NCBI GenBank assembly: GCA_014696615.1 | Contig: JACJQJ010000063.1 | Coordinates: 1-32,000, forward strand | Length of the DNA: 32,000 bases | Direction: 5' to 3' | Source: Nostoc linckia FACHB-104 | GTDB taxonomy: Bacteria > Cyanobacteriota > Cyanobacteriia > Cyanobacteriales > Nostocaceae | Shown here: piece by piece, positions 25,739 to 32,000 of the stretch | How positions within the stretch are numbered: position 1 is the stretch's first letter | How the letters are laid out: every line of letters begins with the position of its first letter | Translations under genes and position numbers: made by a program | The notes under the pieces: model-generated | Seen by the model: the letters and a program-made list of their open reading frames with translations, nothing else | Databases searched by the model: none | What the model was told of the DNA's origin: nothing

Positions 25739-25928
25739 CAGCAAAGTTCACGTTGGGGTAGTAAATTTTTGGGCAATATACCAAAGACCGGAAAAGCTGA
25801 ACGACTTTCACCAGGGCAGTTGCCAATGCCTGGATATCAGTGCCAGGTATCGAAAATTAACAACGAACAAGTCTCAAAAGTAGCAGAGCTATTTATTCTA
25901 GCCAATCGGGGTTTCAGGAGTTGAAAAA

Positions 25929-28900
25929 CTATTTTTTGGGTGGATTTGCTAGTTTTTTATTAATTATTACCTTTCCTTCCCATCCGTTCTTCGTTATCAA
26001 TTTCTCTCGACCTTCTTCGACTACTTCGACTATCCTCTTCTCTATCATCCCCTTCAAATATTTCTGTATCTTCAATCGATCTTCAGATTCATCCCTATTA
26101 ATCGATTCCACCACACAAACGCTTTTCATTCGGTTTATGAATTCGGTTTCCAAACGAACAACATCTACTCGCCCAATACTCCTAAAATATAAATTTATAA
26201 TTATTTTCGATATTTCTATTAAATATTTCGATAAATTCCAAGAAAAATCTAATAATTTATCATATAATTCAACACCAATTAAAAATATAAAAAATGAATC
26301 AAATAATGAATCTATTTGCTCATTTATTTTTTGGAAAAAATCTTTTTGGAAAAAATCTTTTGAATTTGAATTCTTCTCCTTTTTTCTAAATTTATAATTC
26401 ATATAAAATTCATATAAATCGTTTACTGTATACTTGTCTTTTAAACTCCTTACTCTTAAATATTCAAGGCTTTGCTGCTCGACGATATAAATTATATAAA
26501 GAGGAGAAATATTAGAAATTAGAAAACCTAGAACATTCTGCCCACAAAGGGTCTGAATATAACTCTCCCACTCCTTATGTCTAACACCTAGGGATTTTTT
26601 GAAATCTCGATTTTCTAAGGCTTGAATAAAACAGATAGGTATAATGAGTTTCAGATCAAAATCTCTCAGATATAGCTGGTCTATTACCTCAACTGGGTCA
26701 ATAAGTTTTTTGCTTATTATATTAGATATTTGTAATAAAATTGTATTAAGAACTGGCTCGGCTCTATAGGGTTTAACTATCCAATCAAAACTGCCAATCA
26801 GTCGAGAATAATCTTTGGGAAGTTGACAAGCATTTAGCATTGCCCTATATTTTTTCTGTTTAATTAAAGAAGCTAAAAGCAATGCAGCACGCAAAGCTCT
26901 ATTTTCGTCTTTATCCCACAGCCAATTAACTAAAGCTTGTAACGCACTGGGAGTAGGAATACCCACCAGAGCATCCATAACCTGATGAATAGAATCGGCG
27001 GTTACAACTTCCTCAATTTTAGGCACAGCTATATCGCCCATACGTATCAAAGCCTGATCTAAATTCAGGCGAAATTCTATATTATCCAAATTGGCATACT
27101 GCTGAGTTAATAATTCCGCCGCACTTGATAAGTTAGTCAACGACAAAGCATTTACGGCAGCCTTACGACGAGCATCTGTTTCACTTGTGTTCTCAAGGGT
27201 TTCTTTTAAAAAAGAGAACACCGAAGTACGTCTTCTGTCGTCCGCAGCGACTGCTGCAAAGGCATGATTTACTATATCCTCATTTCCATCTTCTCCCAGC
27301 CGGGATTTAAAACTATTAATAATTTCCAAAGCTAATGTCGAATCACATGCTTGAACATCAGCCAAACACTCAAATGCGACAACTGAATCTACGGTGCGTA
27401 CTTCTGTAATTAAATTTGTACTATCAGAAGCTATTCCACACCAAAGTTTTAGTGTTTCACGCCAAGTATCAGGGTCAGCTTTAAAACGACTAGTTAGACC
27501 ATCAGCATTGTCTCGTAATTGACTGGCTGCGAAAAATTCCTGTAAGGTCAAGTGTGCAAACTGGTAACGTTCACCGCCATCAATCTTCAGTAGCAAACCA
27601 TTACGCTCCACAATTTCAGACAAAATGGATCTGGTACAGTCAGGTTGAAGATTGAGACTAGGGAGTATGCCTGTTACTTGTGATTCAACAGTTATGCTAT
27701 CTACACTCCGACGGTCTTGCCCTTGTTGGTTAGCATTGTCTTGAAAGAAAAGTGCTAAATGCTGAAGTATAAGTTTTTTATCACGCGCTTGAAACAGGTT
27801 GCGTTCTTGATGCCATTGTTCTAGCAAAATGTCTGTTGCTTTCCGATAAAACTCTGCCCTTGAATGGGGTAGCACAGCAGGAGTATCAGCATAAAGATAG
27901 GCAATAATAGTAAGCATTAGCGGATTACGTGCCAGTTCCATAATTCGCGGTCGGTCATGCAATGTTTGTATAAGTTGCTCAACAGATTTCTCTGCTGGCA
28001 TATCTGGCTTCCACGGAACTAAAAATTCACGAATCTGTTGGTCGTTGAACTCAACAACTTCTAGCGTCTGATCTATGAAATCATTAAATTCCCCCCTATA
28101 AACAGCAGTACGGCAAGTAATAATAACAGGACAATCTTTATGTGTATCTAAAAAATCATTAATTAGGTCAACTACCTTTTGACGCTCATTACTGCTTACC
28201 TCGTCAAAACCGTCTAATAGCAGCAACAGCTTGTTTTTATCTAAACTTTGGGATACGAAGGATTGAGCATTAGGAAAACCATCCCGCGCAAAGGCTTCAA
28301 CCAATTGCTGCTCTACTGTCAATTCTTTATTACTGAATCGATGTAGCTCTACTAAAACTGGTACACATTTAAATTTTTTAAACAAATCTGCCCAACGGCC
28401 TTCAGCGTAGCAAAGAGCGATATATTTCAACAGCATTGTTTTACCCGACCCTGGAGACCCCTTTACCATAAGGCGGCGATACTTAGCTACAGCTTGAAAG
28501 GCATCAATTAAATCAGTGTCTTTAGTGCCTGTAACTTTGAGTGGAACGTATATGTCTTTTAGCTTTAAAGGTCTATTAGGTCGAAATGATATTTTTAAAT
28601 TCTCATGCTTTTCTTTCAATTCTTCTTTATAGTGTTTTAAGGCACTATGTCTCATGAATTGGAAACCTGAGAACCTGCCATATATTTGATTTCCTACTGT
28701 ATTAAAAATGCTACTAAACAAATTTATTAAAGTATTACCAAAAGCAGTACCAAAAGCAGTACCTATCAAAAGGATTAATAAGCCAATCCATCCATTTTCT
28801 GGCTTGAACAGTTCTCGCAAGTCCTTTTTCTTGGCTTCTCGTTGTTCCTGAAACGCTTTATCATATATTTTCCCAATCTCGAAAGGTTTCAGATTCTGGC

Positions 28901-29162
28901 ATTCTGGTTTGTATAAATTAATGGCCTCTTTAGTTCGCGGATCTTTAATCTCGTCATTCTCTGCGTCTTGCTTGGCTTGTTCTTTAATTAGAGATTCACA
29001 AGATTGCTGAGTAGTTAATTTAGGAGTCTGAGGATAACTCGGAACTGCTGAGGCGAAAAGCACTAACCACAGAGTTAGCGTAAACAGAAGTGCGTATAAT
29101 CGTTGCTGGTTTAAACTATTTTTTGCAGACTTTAATTTTTTAATATATTGAACTAGTTTCAT
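25929..29162 (-). CDS. Membrane-anchored NACHT NTPase with HEAT/ARM-like repeats and an AT-rich low-complexity tail
   Basis: Walker A VKGSPGSGKTMLLKYIA and Walker B LLLLDGFDEV. Two N-terminal hydrophobic segments (LYALLFTLTLWLVLFASAV, GWIGLLILLIGTAFGTAFG) flank about 100 aa. I prefer the ATG at 29162. The ORF track start at 29180 is a TTG. Confidence 0.9.
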   Translation of the reverse strand: MKLVQYIKKLKSAKNSLNQQRLYALLFTLTLWLVLFASAVPSYPQTPKLTTQQSCESLIKEQAKQDAENDEIKDPRTKEAINLYKPECQNLKPFEIGKIYDKAFQEQREAKKKDLRELFKPENGWIGLLILLIGTAFGTAFGNTLINLFSSIFNTVGNQIYGRFSGFQFMRHSALKHYKEELKEKHENLKISFRPNRPLKLKDIYVPLKVTGTKDTDLIDAFQAVAKYRRLMVKGSPGSGKTMLLKYIALCYAEGRWADLFKKFKCVPVLVELHRFSNKELTVEQQLVEAFARDGFPNAQSFVSQSLDKNKLLLLLDGFDEVSSNERQKVVDLINDFLDTHKDCPVIITCRTAVYRGEFNDFIDQTLEVVEFNDQQIREFLVPWKPDMPAEKSVEQLIQTLHDRPRIMELARNPLMLTIIAYLYADTPAVLPHSRAEFYRKATDILLEQWHQERNLFQARDKKLILQHLALFFQDNANQQGQDRRSVDSITVESQVTGILPSLNLQPDCTRSILSEIVERNGLLLKIDGGERYQFAHLTLQEFFAASQLRDNADGLTSRFKADPDTWRETLKLWCGIASDSTNLITEVRTVDSVVAFECLADVQACDSTLALEIINSFKSRLGEDGNEDIVNHAFAAVAADDRRRTSVFSFLKETLENTSETDARRKAAVNALSLTNLSSAAELLTQQYANLDNIEFRLNLDQALIRMGDIAVPKIEEVVTADSIHQVMDALVGIPTPSALQALVNWLWDKDENRALRAALLLASLIKQKKYRAMLNACQLPKDYSRLIGSFDWIVKPYRAEPVLNTILLQISNIISKKLIDPVEVIDQLYLRDFDLKLIIPICFIQALENRDFKKSLGVRHKEWESYIQTLCGQNVLGFLISNISPLYIIYIVEQQSLEYLRVRSLKDKYTVNDLYEFYMNYKFRKKEKNSNSKDFFQKDFFQKINEQIDSLFDSFFIFLIGVELYDKLLDFSWNLSKYLIEISKIIINLYFRSIGRVDVVRLETEFINRMKSVCVVESINRDESEDRLKIQKYLKGMIEKRIVEVVEEGREKLITKNGWEGKVIINKKLANPPKK

Positions 29163-29479
29163 AAATTTGATGAATAGCAACTACATTACCCGATTATTTC
29201 TGCCACAACTTGGCTCATCTTCAGCCCCCGCCAAGCGCAAGCTGTATGGAATCGTCCGTGATACTAATGTGCATAGCTAGGGCGGCTTTTGTATCTTTTT
29301 AAAGATTTTATAGTTAATTACGCTTAAACAAAATTACAAATGTCTAAAATTTATTTAAACAATTTTGAGCGACAAAGTTCTGGAGTGATTACCTTGGACG
29401 ATATCGGGAATCGTTAATCGCTATATCCATTAAGAGCGCCAGGAGTTGCGATCGCGCTTTTGATGGGATTTTAATTCAC

Positions 29480-29685
29480 TGATATCATTGGCTGGCAGAA
29501 ATTGACTCTGCCTGTTACAGCACTGTCACCGTCGCCTTCTCCTGCTTATCTGGTGGATAGCCATATTTCCGCAGCAGGCGTTTAACTAACCTTCGCAGAT
29601 TCGCTTTGACACTTTCTTTTACAGTCTAGTCAATCGTGACATTGTTGCGGATGGTTTGCACTAAGTCACGGGTGATCGCCATATT
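29480..29685 (-). pseudogene. hsdR: Type I restriction enzyme R-subunit C-terminal fragment with in-frame stops
   Basis: The minus strand reads [54 protein letters not shown]. This resembles the conserved HsdR C-terminal tail (..[26 protein letters not shown]). TAG sits where W is expected and TAA where E is expected. No upstream helicase part is present. Confidence 0.55.
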
Positions 29686-32000
29686 TTGATATTTCCGCTA
29701 TCATCTCCAGCAGCCAGCCAACCTCCATTGGAGATAAAGGCGACTGAATTAACGGAATCAAAATGAGTGAGGGTGCAAATTTCTGTGCCTGTTGGCACTT
29801 TCCACACTTTGATAGTTTTGTCATGACTACCACTAGCTAGCATTCGCCCATCACTGCTGAAGACAAGGCAATTAATCGGTGCGGAATGCCCAGAGAGTGT
29901 GCAAATTTCTGTGCCTGTTAGCACATCCCACAGTTTGATAGTATTATCCCCGCTACTGCTAGCTAGAATTTGCCCATTACTGCTGAAGCGAAAAGAACCA
30001 AGTGAGTCGGAATGACCTGTGAGTGTGTGAATTTCTCGTCCAGTTGCCACCGACCACAGTTTGATAATGTTATCCGAACCACTACTAGCTAGAATTTGCC
30101 CATCACTACTTAAGGTTACAGAATCAACTAGTCTGGTGGAATGACTCAGTGTGTAAATTTCTCGACCGGTTGCCACTGACCACAATTTGATAGTTTTGTC
30201 ATGACTACTACTAGCTAGAATTTCTCCATCACTACTTAAGGCTACATATTTAACTCGTCTGGAATGACCTGTGAGTGTGTGAATTTCTCGTCCAGTTGTC
30301 ACTGACCATAGTTTGATAGTTTTGTCCTCACTAACACTAGCTAGAATTTCCCCATCACTACTAAAGGTTACAGATCTAACTGGTTTGGAATGACCTGTGA
30401 GTGTGTGAATTTCTTGACCACTTGCCACTGACCACAGTTTGATAGTGTGGTCATTACTACCAATAGCCAGCATTTGCCCATCACTGCTGAAAGCTATGGA
30501 TTTAACGCCGCCCGAATCACTCAGTGTGTAAATTTCTCGACCGGTTGCCACTGACCATAGTTTGATAGTGTGGTCATTAGTAGTAACAGCCAGGATTTCT
30601 CCATTGCTACTGAAGACTACGGAATGAATAAGGTTGCAATGCCCAGTCAAGGTGAAAATTTCTGTGCCTATTGGCATTGACCACAGTTTGATAGTAGAGT
30701 CAAAAGTACCACTACCAATAGCCAGCTTTTGCCAATCACTACTGAAAGCAAAGGAATCAACCCAACCTGAATAACTCAGTGTGCGAATTGCTGTGCCTGT
30801 TGCTACCTCCCACAGTGTGATTCCGTCACCACAACTAGCTAGCATTCGTCCATCATTACTGAAGGCAAAGGAATTAGCTGAGTAAGAATGACTCAGTGTG
30901 CGAATTTCTGTGCCTGTTGCCACCTCCCACAGTTTGATAGTCTTATCCGAACCACCACTAGCCAGCTTTTGCCCATCACTACTGAAAGCAACGCAATTAA
31001 CTGATTCGGAGTGACCAGAGAGAGTGCGAAGTTTTTGCCCTGTTGCCACTGACCAGAGTTTGACAGTGTTGTCATGACTACCACTAGCCAGCAGTTGCCC
31101 ATCGCTACTGAAGGTGACGCAATTAATTCTACCGGAATGACCCGTTAGAGTGCGAAGTTTTTGCCCTGTTGCCACTGACCACAATTTGATAGTCTCGTCA
31201 TAACCACCACTAGCCAGCATCTGCCCATCGCTACTGAAGGTGACGCAATTAACCCCCCCAGAATAGACGGTGCGAATTTCTGCGCCTGTTGCTACCTCCC
31301 AAAGTTTAATAGTGTTGTCGTTACTACCACTAGCTAGAATTTGCCCATTACTATTAAAGGCTACAGAATTAACCGATTCGGAATGACCAGCAAGAGTGCG
31401 GATAAGTTGACCTGTAGTTGCCAAGAATAAGTGAATAGCAATACCTGCTACACTTGCGAGCATATCGCCCTGGGAGCTAAGAGCTATGATTCCAGAAATA
31501 CCTGGGATGATGTGGGCACATTCCCAAGATGAAGGTGTATTAGATGGAGATGTTACTAGTGATGTTGGTGCTACTATCCCCACATCGAATAAATCTAACC
31601 ACTCTTGTACCGACTGGGGACGGGACTTATAATTTAGCTCCATTCCCTTGATAATTGCCTCATTCACCCTGTCGCTAATGCTGCTATTCAAAACATTGGG
31701 TGGTTGCAGGGTAAAATTTTGCAGTCTAGCTGGTGCTGGCATAGGCAATTCTCCAGTCAGCACAGCATACAAAGTGGCAGCTAAGGCGTAAACATCAATA
31801 TATTCTCCCCGTTCTTCTATGGGAAGATACTGTTCTGGTGGTGCATAACCCGGAGTAAGCGCCTGTGTATGTTGTTGGACTACACCAGGAATAAATTGTC
31901 TAGCTATACCAAAATCAATTAATACAGCTTCTTGTTTACCCGCACGCATCATAATGTTACTCGGCTTCAAATCACGATGTAGTAAGCCGCGTTCGTGAAC
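29661..32000 (-). CDS. Ser/Thr protein kinase fused to about 14-15 WD40 repeats (5' end outside the window)
   Basis: At the window edge the minus strand reads HERGLLHRDLKPSNIMM, then DFGIAR and GYAPPEQ. Repeated GH..V.SVAFSSDGQ.LASGS.D.TIKLW units follow to the stop at 29661. Confidence 0.9.
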   Translation of the reverse strand, partial: VHERGLLHRDLKPSNIMMRAGKQEAVLIDFGIARQFIPGVVQQHTQALTPGYAPPEQYLPIEERGEYIDVYALAATLYAVLTGELPMPAPARLQNFTLQPPNVLNSSISDRVNEAIIKGMELNYKSRPQSVQEWLDLFDVGIVAPTSLVTSPSNTPSSWECAHIIPGISGIIALSSQGDMLASVAGIAIHLFLATTGQLIRTLAGHSESVNSVAFNSNGQILASGSNDNTIKLWEVATGAEIRTVYSGGVNCVTFSSDGQMLASGGYDETIKLWSVATGQKLRTLTGHSGRINCVTFSSDGQLLASGSHDNTVKLWSVATGQKLRTLSGHSESVNCVAFSSDGQKLASGGSDKTIKLWEVATGTEIRTLSHSYSANSFAFSNDGRMLASCGDGITLWEVATGTAIRTLSYSGWVDSFAFSSDWQKLAIGSGTFDSTIKLWSMPIGTEIFTLTGHCNLIHSVVFSSNGEILAVTTNDHTIKLWSVATGREIYTLSDSGGVKSIAFSSDGQMLAIGSNDHTIKLWSVASGQEIHTLTGHSKPVRSVTFSSDGEILASVSEDKTIKLWSVTTGREIHTLTGHSRRVKYVALSSDGEILASSSHDKTIKLWSVATGREIYTLSHSTRLVDSVTLSSDGQILASSGSDNIIKLWSVATGREIHTLTGHSDSLGSFRFSSNGQILASSSGDNTIKLWDVLTGTEICTLSGHSAPINCLVFSSDGRMLASGSHDKTIKVWKVPTGTEICTLTHFDSVNSVAFISNGGWLAAGDDSGNIKIWRSPVT

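Noticed and set aside
24261-25928. Terminal inverted repeats for the integrase/RAYT segment (ttttcatatactccccgac versus aatcggggtttcaggagttgaaaa)
   Set aside because: Only a loose tcgggg...tgaaaa resemblance with indels, which is too weak to call transposon ends.
25921-26397. 158-aa plus-strand ORF (F/S/I-rich)
   Set aside because: It is a shadow ORF in the extremely AT-rich 3' tail of the minus-strand NACHT gene, with no start context and low-complexity composition.
1634-29455. Six exact GCGATCGC octamers
   Set aside because: This is the known cyanobacterial HIP1 palindrome. It is useful as a taxonomic clue but is not a local functional element.
30893-31102. 69-aa minus-strand ORF in an alternative frame
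   Set aside because: It is nested within the WD40 array of the kinase gene. The repetitive sequence keeps an off-frame open by chance.

Overview
The window looks like DNA from a filamentous cyanobacterium. It is AT-rich and has six exact GCGATCGC (HIP1) octamers at 1634, 2591, 10779, 15937, 24672 and 29448. It is also rich in pentapeptide, WD40 and STAND genes. I saw no rRNA, tRNA or CRISPR array.

The left half (1-16.9 kb) reads as a plasmid- or ICE-like backbone:
- a ParA/TraL-like ATPase operon;
- a Toprim plus P4-type primase-helicase (7963-10806), whose 3' part carries a dense array of the 9-mer GTGACGACC/GGTCGTCAC, a candidate origin of replication;
- an XRE repressor with a divergent promoter/operator region;
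- a rightward operon of unknown proteins ending in a membrane-anchored P-loop NTPase.

A small-protein/NB-ARC-TPR gene pair (2570-5424) is embedded in this backbone. Its two proteins share a roughly 23-aa motif across the gene junction, as in Bell/BASS-NLR amyloid-signalling pairs.

The right half (17-32 kb) is an island of NTPase-based conflict or signalling modules:
- a four-gene cluster (17012-24335): multipass pentapeptide-repeat membrane protein, 377-aa adaptor-like protein, MoxR AAA+ ATPase, and a CoxE-like vWA protein with TM segments and WD40 repeats;
- a short tyrosine recombinase plus a RAYT/IS200-like transposase;
- a membrane-anchored NACHT-HEAT protein;
- a decayed hsdR fragment;
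- a partial Ser/Thr kinase with about 14-15 WD40 blades.

The best candidates for a poorly described system are the pentapeptide/adaptor/MoxR/vWA-WD40 cluster, whose first two proteins share an Asn/Gly/Gln octad-repeat motif, and the Bell-like/NLR pair. All functional calls come from motifs read by eye. No database search was run.
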